This document shows, piece by piece, positions 1 to 13,739 of a stretch of DNA of 64,000 nucleotides. The notes under the pieces are model-generated. The model was not told the origin of the DNA. It saw nothing but the letters and a program-made list of their open reading frames with translations, and made no database searches. This stretch comes from Dimorphilus gyrociliatus (Eukaryota; Animalia; Annelida): positions 1,178,001-1,242,000 of the forward strand of contig CAJFCJ010000003.1 in the NCBI GenBank assembly GCA_904063045.1. The letters are read 5' to 3'. The position numbers and the translations under genes are program-made. Positions within the stretch are counted from its first letter, which is position 1; each line of letters begins with the position of its first letter.

Positions 1-2338
1 TCGCCCGTTCGTTCGTCTCCTCTCTGCTAATGCATGTAAACAACAGTAGTATAATTTTTGAACAGTTGAATGCATTTGACAAGTAAAATATTTCTTCTAT
101 CTTAGAGGACGGATCTTTATTATTTTTCTCCCTTTATAACAGTCATCTGTGTCTACTTAAAAGAAAACGATTATATACAGGCCTAAAAAAATTCTAAATC
201 TAAGTAAACAATTTGCTCTTCCGAAAATCTTTCTTTCTTTCCAAAATATTAGATTAAATAGTGAGGAATATATATTAGGAGAGATTATAAATAGAAAAAC
301 AACTAGTAGATGTATATTTTGAGCGAGATGATTACTGCGTGTGTTGTAAACGGTTATAACGCTCTAAAGCGATCAGTCTTTTTTTTTTCTATTTAATTTT
401 ACTTGTATAATGTATACATAGATTATATCCAACTGTTTTTTCCTCCGTTTTTTTAGCTTTAACTCTTATTGATAAAAAAAAGGTGTAAAGAACTATTATA
501 TAGATACTATATATACTGTATATATATATATAAATGGAACGGAGGTTGTGAACTAAAGAGGAACGGATAAAAGGATAAAATAATAATAATAATAATGTAA
601 TAAGAAAGAAAGAGGGTAGAAGAAGGGAAGTAAGAAGTAGTACGGATGATAAAACAGAATCGTTACATACAAAAAAAATTGCCACCATATATATATTCAT
701 CGATCCATTATATTGTATATTTTTCTAAGTGCTCATAAGCGGCCATAAGGTCACCGTATTGCATAATCAGTCAGTATAATTTTTGACAGCCAATAAGACT
801 CGGTTTACCCCTAAAGTCATTCCTTTTAAAAGGTTTCTTTTAAAAGTTTTTAAAATAATATTAATAATACCTAAAAAAAAATAAGTTGAAATAGGACAAA
901 TATTTCGATTTAGTAAGAAAGATTATTTTACCTTTATATATATATTATATATATATATATATGCCTACATATCTATAATATATATTATACTAAAACGAGG
1001 CCTATAGTTTGTATGTATTATCCTCTACAAATACTCTTTACGGTCAATATGGAAAATAAGGCGTAAAATGGGGTGATAGAAATTAAAAATGAACAAAATA
1101 CATATTTATATAAAATTGTAACAAAAATAGTAGCTGACTATGTATTATTTTCACGTACATGTATATTTTCTCACCCTCAGTGTTTGCTCGGTCGATTTCT
1201 AATCGATCTCGCATCGCTTGTACACTAACTAAGTTAGCCTTTAGGCCTATATATATTGCTCATTTTGTACATTTTTGTATATACACTTGAGTCATATGTA
1301 TATCCTATGTATTAAATGTATTCGCCAATAGAGAAACCGCGTATAATGTGTATTTGCGCTAATGGACTAATGAATTATAAAAGAGTTACCTCTCTCCTAT
1401 TGCATGACTACCTGCGGATTGACAGATCGGGTGACGGATGAATGTATTACATTGTATAGACGACTACCGTCTGTTTATAAATAGTAACCGATTACGCGAC
1501 ACTTAAAATTGTTTTATTAAAGAAAATTAACTACTTAAAGAGAAAAAGGAATAAAAAATAAGCTAAGAAATTAAACTTACAGCCGTAGAAATTGTATAAA
1601 TTTCTTATCTCGTAGTTTAGTTCATTTGATGATGGTATTGAAAGCGCCTCCTTTGTTTAAATGGCTTTAGACTAATCAAGCGTCGTACACCCGTTTAAAT
1701 CGAAACCAGTTTAAGTTAGTTGCTACTTAAAAGATAACTTAGTTCATTCTACGTCCTTGATACTTTCCCTTTAGTTTTACGAGCGATCGTTTGGCATTCT
1801 TTTACTAAGCTCTTCGCTGGCTAGCAATTAGTGCGAATATTTCGTCCGACTTCAAACGACGGTAAACTGTTGGAGGAAATCGCGATTTATAGGTTTGAGA
1901 GATTTTTTTTTTAAAGTTTATGTGACGTTCAAAACGAGCGCGTTCGATTATTCATTTTGCACGTTTTGCATCTGTCCCCTACACCTGTCAGTATTTAGCA
2001 GATGTTTGAAACAATACGGGAGCCTATGATAATTAGACGCGTTTGTAAATAAATCGAATTGAGGACATGCTATCGATCGAAAAACGCTTTCGCTTTCTGA
2101 CCTACTTTCTATTGTAATCTGTCACAATACTAAAAAATGGCGACTGATACTTTTTTTGTTGTTTGCTGTGTGAATGGCCGATAATCGGGTCAGTGGTCGG
2201 TTTGTACCTTCATTCTCATTCGCATACTATTCGCTTTTACATGATTTTTACATGCGTGATATAGGCTGATATACAATTTGCATACGATATTTCAAACGCG
2301 TACCGAAGGTTAGATAGTCCACTATAACATAAAAGCGA

Positions 2339-2560
2339 GCGTGACGTCACGCAGGTATGCTCAACGCTTATTGGCCGACAGTGGCTCCGCCCTGAACGGT
2401 GATTGGTCATGGTGGGTAAGGTAACATCAATAAGGCTCTGGGCTTGTACGATATTAGGCAAAGAATAGCTCGACCGAGAGTGAATAGCACGTGTTCTCTG
2501 TTCTTTTTCTTCTATAAAGACGGTCTTTTATTCCAACAAAGTTGCATTGTAGCCAGTTGA
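2339..2560 (+). promoter_or_regulatory. SoxB1 proximal promoter
   Basis: 14-bp palindrome GCGTGACGTCACGC with a CRE core (2339-2352); reverse CCAAT boxes at 2370-2374 and 2402-2406; GC box CTCCGCCC at 2385-2392; TATAAAG at 2513-2519, ~75 nt before the ATG. Confidence 0.7.
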
Positions 2561-2593
2561 AAAGGAAGTGAAGAATATACAGTCTCTAGAAGA

Positions 2594-3580
2594 ATGATGA
2601 TGGAGACTAGCCATCAAACGGATTTATCCAAATCCCTGCCACCTCCGCCAGCACCCCTCCAACTACCAACTTCGATGGGAATGCATCCTCAGACTTCACC
2701 AGCCTCAGGTGGAGGATCTCCTCCTATGCATAACAATAATGCCTCAAAATCTAATCAGGCTGATAGAGATCGTGTAAAACGACCCATGAATGCTTTCATG
2801 GTTTGGTCAAGAGGACAGAGAAGAAAAATGGCCCAGGAAAATCCTAAGATGCACAACTCAGAAATTTCTAAGCGATTGGGCGCCGAATGGAAACTACTGT
2901 CAGAGAGCGAAAAGAGACCATTTATCGACGAAGCGAAAAGACTCAGAGCGATTCATATGAAAGAGCACCCTGACTACAAATATCGACCACGTAGGAAGAC
3001 TAAAACTCTAATGAAAAAGGACAAGTACGCTATACCTATGACAGGAGGGTTACCAGGCCAACAAAGAGACATGTATCCGAGCATGAACGGTTACCCGGGC
3101 ATGAACGGTTATCCGATGTCGATGGCCGACCCTTATCAACAACATGCCGCCATGACCGGCCAGATGATGCCCCAGTATCCCGGCTACGGAATGCCGACAA
3201 CGCAGATGTCGACCTCTTCTAGCTACATGAATGGAGCGGGTCCAAGTTATACCTACTCTATGGCACCTTACGCCGCTCAGCCACCTCTGGCCCACCAGAA
3301 TCCTAACAGCTCACCAACGGCAATGATTAAACAAGAAGACGGATCGCCAAGCCCAACTTCGGGCGGTAGTACTCCAGGAGCCAGCTCCAATGGTACTCCA
3401 GCTAGACCTTGCCAAGGCGACCTTAGGGACATGATAAACATGTACCTACCCGGCGCTGAAGCTAATCAACGTCAAGCGGCTGCCGCCGCATCAGAGTACG
3501 CTCGCATGCAGCAGATGATGGTCAACTATCCGACTACGTCGTCGCATTCCGAATCGACCGTCCCTCTAACGCATATGTAG
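2594..3580 (+). CDS. SoxB1: SoxB1-group HMG-box transcription factor (Sox1/2/3, SoxNeuro orthology group), intronless, 328 aa
   Basis: HMG box [41 protein letters not shown]...[11 protein letters not shown]; group-B extension [11 protein letters not shown]; SoxB1-type C-terminal motifs [13 protein letters not shown] and TVPLTHM*. Single exon, as is typical of SoxB genes. Confidence 0.97.
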   Translation: MMMETSHQTDLSKSLPPPPAPLQLPTSMGMHPQTSPASGGGSPPMHNNNASKSNQADRDRVKRPMNAFMVWSRGQRRKMAQENPKMHNSEISKRLGAEWKLLSESEKRPFIDEAKRLRAIHMKEHPDYKYRPRRKTKTLMKKDKYAIPMTGGLPGQQRDMYPSMNGYPGMNGYPMSMADPYQQHAAMTGQMMPQYPGYGMPTTQMSTSSSYMNGAGPSYTYSMAPYAAQPPLAHQNPNSSPTAMIKQEDGSPSPTSGGSTPGASSNGTPARPCQGDLRDMINMYLPGAEANQRQAAAAASEYARMQQMMVNYPTTSSHSESTVPLTHM

Positions 3581-4612
3581 GTAGGCCGAAAAATTGGTTT
3601 TTTCGACGACGCTCAAAAAAGTGCCACTCTCCTTATATATATATATATATATATATCTTTCTCCTGACCCTGCCCAATTCGCCCTTTTAAAAAAAACGAA
3701 TCTCCCTTTTTCCGGACTTGTGTACGAATATTGCCAATCTCAGAATACTCTATGTTTTACTAATTTTTTGTTTTCTCTCTCTTACCTTTAAGTTCTATTT
3801 TTTTTTAAACCGAAGTAGAGAGTTTGTAACTCAACTAATCTCCGTGTGCATATTAAAACGCTGCAAAAAATTCTGGGCGTCATTTTTTTTCCTTTTTAAA
3901 TCGAATATTCTCTTTTTATATATATATATATATATATTATTTAGATATCTATATCTATATACTTGTACATATAGACATAGGATTTTATACCAAAAGAGAA
4001 TAATTCAGAAATTTTAAGAAAACTTATGTTTTTTCATTTCTTTTAAAAGAGCGTATATACATTGTCTTTAGTAATTTTTTTAATTATGGGGGGAAGTAAG
4101 GCGGTGAAAAAATTCTTCTCGGGATCTTAAAAAAAATATTATCAATTTTCACATTATAGAAGACAGTATAGCGGAGAGAAAGAAAATATATGTTTTTTTT
4201 TTTTTGCACTTTAACTAGGTTGAGAGAGGGGATAGGGGAATTTTTTTTTCTTTATTTTTAAAGATAGAGTCAAAAAAAAATTAACAAAGGAAGATCTATA
4301 AAATGCCATGAAAAAGAGGAAAAGAAGAAGGATGGAAAAATTACACACAAAAAAGGGGGAAAAAGAATGTCCAAAAAGTTAAAATTTTTAAATTTTTGCA
4401 GCGTATTATAACTCGGTTGTTTCCTTTTTTTTACACATGTAAATACGTATTATCTAATAATTTCTGAATGTCCGCACTATAAGCGTGTTTTGTATATATA
4501 CATATATACTACGTTTACCGTTTTAACGACGTGCGTCCGTTGTACAGTGATTTTTTTTTTTGCGAATGCGATATATCTTTCTATTATATTATCGAGAGCA
4601 ATTGTAACAAAA

Positions 4613-4618
4613 AATAAA
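4613..4618 (+). terminator. Candidate SoxB1 polyadenylation signal (implies a ~1.05 kb 3' UTR)
   Basis: AATAAA followed by a T-rich tract at ~4628-4640. The AT-rich background makes this uncertain. Confidence 0.45.
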
Positions 4619-7539
4619 TGTTGAACGTTTTTTTTCTTATAATTCATATGTACGATTCCTGGCGTGCGCTTTTGAAATATTCAACGAAATCGTGTCCAAT
4701 GTTAAAAAATGTATGGTATTCTAGACAGGTGATGCAAATTCACTATTTTCTAGGTACCGAGACGACCTGGGTTTCTTGAATTATTCGACGAACATGGATT
4801 AAACACACTCGAAAATTTATATTGCGTGATCTTACACTTATTCTATTATAAAATGTATAATCGAAATCTTTCAAAGGCTATTGAGGGCGTTGTTCTAATC
4901 CCTCAAACCCGAATATCTTGGAATTACGAGCTAGGTGCAACTCTAGGTGGCGTATTGACGGGGGCCTAGGCCTTGTAAAATCAACGGACCGTTGAAAGCG
5001 TTGTATTATTGAAAAATGTTCATATTGTTTTTTTTAACATAGGAAGAAAAATATAATAGTTTTTTTTCCAACATTATTTTAAACTTTCTCTATAAGTGAC
5101 GCCCTTAGCTCACGCCTCACTTATTCCTGAGAAAAACACGAAGAGATAAGGGAATTGCCAGCGAAATTAATTTAGGCCTAGTTAAGCGTGTAAAACGTTC
5201 TCCTCACGCTTGTTTCCTCTTTTTCTCCTTTTCTCTCTTCCCCCTCCCCGCTTTTTTCTCTTCTTCTAAATAGTCGTATAGAGCGAGTTCATAAGCTATT
5301 TCCAACACGTAATAACATACACAGCATAGTATATAAAGTCTGAAAGAATATTCTATTCCCCTTTCCGTTTTGCCCTATCATCCATCTCATTATCAAATAT
5401 ATATCCTTCTTTTTTTACTTAATAAAAAGAAGTAAGATTCATAATGATCGTTGCGAATAGACTTAGCAGAGGCGTAACTATCAACAAAAAGAATTGTTCG
5501 AGGGACAAGACATAAACTGACGTTGACTTCTCTAGAGAGAAGAGAAGCGGGAATCTGTCGAAAAAAAATCCCGTATAACCAATTTGATAACATATTAGCG
5601 AGAGTTTTATTCTATTACTTTCAAATGTCTATTTAAATAATGATGATTATAGAAAAGGAAAGATCAAGTAAACGTGTAATGCTAAGTAAAAATATATTGA
5701 AAAAGTCGGTAAAAGTGGTAGGGATTTGGTATGGAAACCCTTTGGCACCAACAAGACGTACGTTTTTATAGAACATAGGAATGTTGATTAGTATTGTTTT
5801 TATAGGCACTTACTAGGGGCAATTTTACGACGCATTGTGTACACATTACATTAGAATGTAGGACTAGTCTATAAAGCTATTACTATATGCTATAAATCGG
5901 GAGCTGTAAACGTTAAAGGTTGAACATATATAAACTTATGGATATAGCATATATATATACATATTAGATTATAAATCTATGAATTAAAATGTGTATTCTC
6001 CTAGATTTACCACTCAGTTTACTGCTTATCCATACAAATTATGATACATTTTCTATTACGCATGCGCATTTGTGATATTATATATTAAACTTGATGGTTA
6101 GGTGTCCGAATCACGATAATTCATTGAATACGATAGGAAAAGAAGAAATACCTGAATTTTTAACAAATATATTAAATCCCTTATGCGTCGTCACGTTAAT
6201 CTTTTAACTCCCACCGTTCCCACCCCCTCTTTCGAATATTTCACCCACTTATTCTCTTTCAACAGTATCTCTCTATCAAATCGTAAAATTCCTTCCACAT
6301 TTTTTTTCAACGAATATATAACTTTTTCATATCTAACTTTAATTATTCAAATAAGATATCTAAAACATCTAAGTACTGTGGAAGAATCCTACGGCATCAA
6401 TATAATGACGACGCAGAGAACTCTATACATTTATGTATAGCTGGGCATGTATAATTAAACGACCCGCACCGGCTGCCGTTCAAAACATCTGTACACCACC
6501 GCGTTATTGTTGCCCGACTCGCGATAAAACGTTAACAGGTTGTTAGAGCGAACGAAGGTGGGCGAGACACACAACGTAGATATGAACATAACAATTTTGT
6601 TACCTAGTAAAGTCATATTTAAAAAAAAAACTACTGTCATTTTAATAAGTACACCATTTTCACCTCTGCTTTTTACTCATTTGAATATTATATATATTTA
6701 TATATAATACGCAAATAGTCTTTCTCTATTTCAAACCGTTTGAATAATTTATTATGGAATATTCAAAAAATGATACAAAATTATAAATTTGATAACAATT
6801 GAATTGATTATTTCAATAGGCATATACACTGTATATAAAATATATCTATAAATGTAGATAATTTATATTGTATTTATATGAATATATATGGATACTGTAT
6901 ATATAAATTTAGATATACAGTAAATGTAAAGCGTCTCTTTTTTGTTGTATGTCCTTTAATATTGTACTTTATTTTGCTGTATGTCTACGAATAAAATTTT
7001 TTAAACATATATGAACAATATTTTAAATCAATGTAAGCCTAGCCAACTTCTACCGCTGTGTGTCGGGTCAAGAACCTTTAAAGTCCAGCCATGACTGTTC
7101 AAGCTGCCTGAACGTAGCGAGAAAAAAATTGACTGCTCTCGCCCCGGATCGATAAGACATGCAGCGGGTGCGAAAGCTTGTTGACAGAGTCGGCGGTTTG
7201 TCACCACTTTTCTCTATCTCTTTTCCAATTTTATTCCCGGTTGTCTTTCGCCACAGGGCGTTTTGGACTGTGGGCACTACCCACCCATTTCTCCACGCCT
7301 TGTTCCGGTTTCCATCCATCCCGGTTTGACCTGGGATATATGGGTTATAAGTGGCGGGTATCAAACGGCTCGCCGGATTCGACGCCTTACTCGCATAACG
7401 CTTAATTTTCGCATCGATCCCGTCATACAAGGGATCGATGTGTCAGGATTTAATGAAAAAGAGTTCAAATTAGATGGCGAAACTTTGGTAAGAAGAATGA
7501 GAATTGAGAAAGTCATTTGATTGAACGAGATTTTTTTTT

Positions 7540-7601
7540 GAGAGGGAGAGAGAGAGAGAGAAAAAGAGAGAGAAAGACATACAGAGAGAGGGACAGAGAG
7601 A
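7540..7601 (+). repeat. Imperfect (GA)n purine tract
   Basis: Read directly from the sequence. Confidence 0.85.
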
Positions 7602-9865
7602 AACTTTACTCTTTCACCCCTTGCTTCCCTGGGCCCCCTTCCATTTTTTTAGGCTGTTATTTAGTTTTCAGATTTCAGCCGCACCTGAATAAGCCGAGAG
7701 ATGTAAATGTTCAAGTGAAATTCAAGCTTTGTCAACTGTGTTCAAACTAGTCTGTTGTCTCACGCTGTTTACTTTTCGTGTGTCTATGTGCTTAACACAG
7801 ACGGGAGGGCGGACGTTGTCGATAAAACGGGACGTGGTCTAGACGGTTCGGGTGACGCTTCCTTGGTGAGAAACGCCGGAAGTCCAAGGCGTTTTTTTCC
7901 TTTTCCTTTTTATTGACCACATACACTCACAGACATTTATAAATTCCACATATAACTAACAGTTTTTCTATCAAGCCTTTATCTTACTACGTATTTAGTA
8001 GATATGTATATTTATATAATTAATACTTGTTTGAAATGCATTGTATGTTAAAAGTGTGTGTTTAATACTTGGAAGGAGCATATGCAGAGGAAGTTTAAGA
8101 TTGTAGGCTTATTTTATGATAAATGATTTTCTACCATTGAAGCATTAATCATATTTTAGATCGTTCGATAAAGCTTGGTGAACATTTTTTTTTATATATT
8201 CAATACCTCTTACCTTCAAACTTATAATAACAAAAATAATAATAACAATGATAGTAATAATAATGCTAATGCAAAAAAAACCGACGGTTGAAATTTACTA
8301 GATTCCTTTTAAAAATTTGAATGGGTAATTTAAGGATTTACTACTAGGCTATTTCTAGGAGGCTGAATAAAACTATAGGCTTACTATATTTGATTTTGTA
8401 CATTCAAGGTTAATACATATGTAAATCAATGAATGTAGAATGCTTAGTGGGCAGTTTATTAAGTAAGTAGGATAGAAAAAAAGAAGGGAAAAGCGATTTA
8501 TATTTAATGGATATGTGCATAGGCTGATTTATCGTAATGGGGAATAGAATATGTAATTTAAGCATTAAGCAAGTTATCGATGTTAGGGTATGCAATTATC
8601 AAGTATTTACATTCCTAAAAGAACAACATTTTGGTTAAATATACAAATATACAAGACGTTATTTTACATTAAAAGTATAGGCATATTTGATAGAATACGA
8701 AACTGTAGGCAGTGAAGCGTTAGACAGGTTTTAGATAAGAGCGACAAAAATTACCCCTCCTAAGAATCTATATAGAGTTTTTTAAATGATATAAAACAAC
8801 GTCATTCCATTACAAGCAATCTATTTCTGCTAAACGATGATTTTTTATTGGATGCTTTTTTTTGTATACTTTTTTTATTTTTTCGGGCATTAGATGTCTG
8901 TCGCATAAAAATTGATATTTCTTGAGAAAGAACTATCAATGTTACCCAGTATAAACAAACAAATAAATGTACATAATCAACTAGAGAATATATATTTATA
9001 TTAACTATTTATTAAATATACCTCCTACTCTATATCTAATGAATAGGAAAATCGAGTGAATATTCATTCAACCGATTTGACGTACTCTATACGGTGTGGA
9101 GTAAAAAATTGCTGGACATTAGGCGTCTATTTATAGCATGAATTAGAAAGGAAAGGGCAAAGAGGGGAGAATATAAGATATTTGACAGAATATAAAATTG
9201 GGATCGGTTAAAACAATAAAATACGTATCGGTTAGTTTGTTTATACCCTTCTAGTAACGCCACGAGAAAAATTATATAGGTCTGTTTGCGTTCAATTTTT
9301 TCCACCGGTTTGAGCCTATACATTCGTGAAGACGGAGTGAACACGCATTCAAACATTAACCAGGTCATGTCTAAAAGCTTCTTGTTTAACAAGTCAACGC
9401 CGGCAGGCTGTTGTTTTTTTCTCGAAACTCTCGTTCAACTTTTATACATACTGTGTATATCTTTAGTTGACGGATATATTATCACAGACCTATATATTTT
9501 GTACATATAGATATAAAAATACAGTGTATGTTCTTTACTCGAATGAAGTCGAAGATATTTGAACATGTATATATGCATATGGATTGATATAAAGTTATAA
9601 GTATGATGGCATATATCTACATATATAAACAAAATTTTATATAAGACAAGTGTTCTTGTATATCCAAATATAAGGAGATATATATATATTAAATGTATAT
9701 TTATACTTGTATAGCGCATATTTATATTTAAATAAATGGATACAGTTTATCATGTAAAACCTTAGTGACAATAGTTACGCACTTGCGCTTTTAAACTTAT
9801 GATTTCTGTAAAGAACCAAAATGTATTTTTTGCTCTATGAATAAACTATATGTACATGGTATACA

Positions 9866-9911
<46 letters not shown>

Positions 9912-11165
9912 CAATTGCGACTCATGAACAAGCTGTGCCTACTGATCGATAACTGCAGAAAAAGGAAATTCTACAGCTTCGTACAAAAACTATAGGCCTA
10001 CGATATTTTCAAGAGGGGAGAGGGAAGGGGGGAGAAAGGGGGTTGTTTGATACAGGTGTTTTTGTTTGAGTTCGGGGGAGAAAAGGAGTAGGATAAGCCG
10101 AAGGAAAAGATTAGTAGACAGGAAGAGTTTTGTTAAAAATAAAAGAATGTTGTTTCATCCAGTTACCAGTTTTGGTTATTGATAGACGATTATAAATATT
10201 AATGTGCTTTTTCAAAAGTATAGCATAGGTTAATGTTTATGTACTTTCAACGTTATTATAAATGAAATAAAGTCTCCTCGATCTATGATCTACTGAACGA
10301 AAATTTTTGAAGAGTGCGACGCGTTAGTGTAGTATTTCTTCTAAGCAAAGGCAATGTTTATTCAGAAATGATTGCTCAAAATTCTGTGCAAATAACGGCG
10401 AACGAGAGAACTGCAAGCGCAATACCGCACTTTGCATACGGATCGGTCAATATTCGCCTATTACGTGAATGGAGGAGACGTTTCCCTTTTTTTTCTTTTC
10501 TATTTTCGCACATTGCCACTAGAAAAGAATCTTGTTTACGTTTACGGTATTCGTTCAATATATAGGTTTGGATTAGTGGCTTAGAAAATGGATTTAAGTT
10601 AGAATCGACTGCAAATGCTCTATTATACAATACAGATTAATATATAGAATACTAGTGGTATTAGTAAAGGTATATTAAGTTCAATATAATTTATACACTA
10701 CAGTCATTTTCTATGTACATAGTATGTATCTTTCCTTCTTCATCTCAGTCTATAAATAGTTTCAAAACAATTTATCAATCTTTGCGTACAGAAGTATGGA
10801 TAGTTTTAAAAGAGATAAAATATAAAGAGACTATGTAGTATAGATTTTTACGCATTTTATTATATTCACTTGTAAATAAATTAAGCAGAGTTTTGAAAAA
10901 TTCTACTTTCACAGAATGTTTAATCGCTTCACGTCTTAGTATGGATTATACATTAAGCTTGAACAACTGCAAATTCAATGCTTGTGCGTTGTACATATAT
11001 ATACATATAATTGTCGATATTCACCTGTTACATGAAAAAGTTAAAGATATTTTTCTGAAATATATATGTATATAAGGTGGATTAATTAAATAAATAACTG
11101 TAATAATAGTAACAATAAGTTTATTGAAATAATAAGAATAATGATAATAATTAGGAATAATCGTG

Positions 11166-11200
<35 letters not shown>

Positions 11201-13739
11201 TATATATACTAATATATATATGTTTGTTTAGGTATGTGTCTATGTACAATTCTCCTTGTTAATTAGATGCATTTTTACTATAAAAGATACTTTCTTCAAT
11301 AGTAAAGAAGAAATATAACTGCAGAAAAATAAGATATATATTATATTAATGCTGAGGTTCACGTAACCGACGAAAGGATTAAAGTGGTTTTTGAATGGAA
11401 TTAGTTAGACATTGATCATTTTTAATATTCATTTATTTGCTGAATATTTTCGCGAATATTTCTGCCTAGATCTATTGAGAATTGATTATTAGGCGTTCGC
11501 CTATTATACATTATTAGTTCGGCGGCGTGCTTAAATGATGTATAGTTTTTGATCAATATGTAAGTTATGGATTAGCACAGTTTTGCATTATATTCGTGCC
11601 TCTCATCTATTTGTGCAACGCTTCTGCATGATTTCAGACTTTGTCGTCTGTTTATAGGCGGATTAAGGGAATAGATTATACTACCACTTCTTTCTTTTTC
11701 TAATTTATTCTTCTTCATTTAATTATACATTGTGCGTCGGTTATACATTATAAACTAGAAACAAGGACGTGTTTATAACCGGAAATAAGATGAAATAATT
11801 CTATAATATTCTCTAAATAAATCTTTAAAACATACACACACAGAATATCCATACTCTTGGGTATAATTAAGTGAAAAAGAAACAAAAAAAAGAGGCAAAG
11901 AAAGAGATTTGTTAAGTTTATATATATATACATAAAAAGAACTTTGTTCCCCTTATTATTTCCCTTTTCCAATTTTTTTATACCTAATATCTATTTGTTT
12001 TGCAACATGTGACAAACTGTCACTATATTATCTCGGCCCTTATTCGAGTTTTTTTTGGGATTTTCTGTACCTTAATTGTCGCCTAAATGCGGGATGCAAC
12101 ATGAACAGAAAAAAAAAAAAAAAAAAAGAATGAACAACTTACTCCCTTATGCTTCTTTTTTTTTAAACCCGTATAAATACTGAACATTTAATCCCTTTGG
12201 TCACGTGACAAATGTCTTTACCTGGACGGATTGAAACTGCTGAAAAAATTTTTTTTTTATTTTTTTTTGCACTTTAAGTGGAATGAATGAGTGATAAGAC
12301 GAAGGAATAGGAGGGCGAGTAGTTTATTAGCAGAAGTATTTCCCGATAAGCAATATTTATAAAATGTATAATAAGCAGATAGAAAGGTACAAGTTGTACT
12401 TAAATAATTTTAGCTAATAGTTAGCTAGTAAATGGTACAATTTCCAACCCCAGTAAATTGCATAGGTAGTTCAAAATTGGTGAGAAAAATGGACGTGTAC
12501 GTGCACTCAAACGGTATAATTACGGTAGTAGAAGTCTCTAAATATAAATTTTCGACTACGCAGCGCGAGAAAAAGCTGTAAGGCGTCTAAACGCTTTAGT
12601 TCTGAAAGGAACAGATTTTCCCCACAATATAACCTCGGTAAGATTATTTTATAACCTTCTGGAACTAATCTCTAACACTAGGTGGGAAGAAATGGGTGGA
12701 AGGGGGCAAGGAGGCGGAATAAATTTATAAGCGGCAACAAACTATTAAAACAAACGGACGAGAGGCGTCACCTCTCTATGAAATTTAGAGATATGAGGGC
12801 TGAGTACTAGGTTGTTTTTACCCCTTCGTGGCATGCCCCCCGGCCTTGTGTGTCGCGCGCGTTACCGCCCCACTCCTTCCACCCATTTGCGGCCTCTACC
12901 GCCATTAACGGGTGGAACGTTACGTAACTGTTACGTATTATCTCCGGCCCCAGGCGATTCGAATGCTATCGAAGTATAGACGTCGTTTTTAATCGTTCTC
13001 TCAAACGATCGTACATAGGATTCTTCTCCAATCCTTGTAAAACTATTATATTGACAATTTTACTCTTCTTATAGAATCCTTCAACAGGTTCTGCAACATT
13101 TTTCTTCCATTTGACGTCCCGCAGGGAATCGCAAGTAAGCGTTGACGCGTTTATTTATTGCGTAACTGTTTCGTTGCTAAATTAGTTATGGAAAGGTGGG
13201 GAGAAAAATGAGAGTTTTCAAATCTGAAGATTGAAGAGGAAGCGACTAAAATTTCAATCACGGAACGCCTAAAAATCCCTAGAGGGCGTCGTCGGACGTC
13301 TTGAAACAATCGGTCCGAAAATTGACAAGTTTCGCACGTTGTACAAACAAGGAACGTGATTCGAGTAAGTTTACCCGTTCGGGTTCCGACGTTATAAGAT
13401 TAACGGACGGCAATACGATCCAGCGAAAATTATCTCGCCCAGCTACACCGTAAATTAGACGCCGCTGTTTGCTTCCCCAATAAAGTATTTAATAATATTA
13501 TTCTATATTTTATAAAGTTAGAAGAACAATTTATAACAAAAAGACTAATGTATTTTGTTTCGAATAGAGAAAACTATAGGGTAATTGGATATTTAAAAAC
13601 TGATCGCTCATCCTCTTCTTTCCTCTATTTTATTCTTATCCATTCTTTTGTCTATGGATAGAAAACGAGAAGAAATAGGGTAGAATACAGCAAGGTAAGG
13701 GAAGAAAAAATCAGGACGTTTCATTTTTTTACCCGGAAG

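Noticed and set aside
3050-3295. 81-aa antisense ORF inside SoxB1
   Set aside because: Shadow of GC-rich sense codons; no independent protein features.
7078-7090. AAAGTCC resembling the RNase P/MRP P4 strand
   Set aside because: No complementary CR-V partner at the expected distance.
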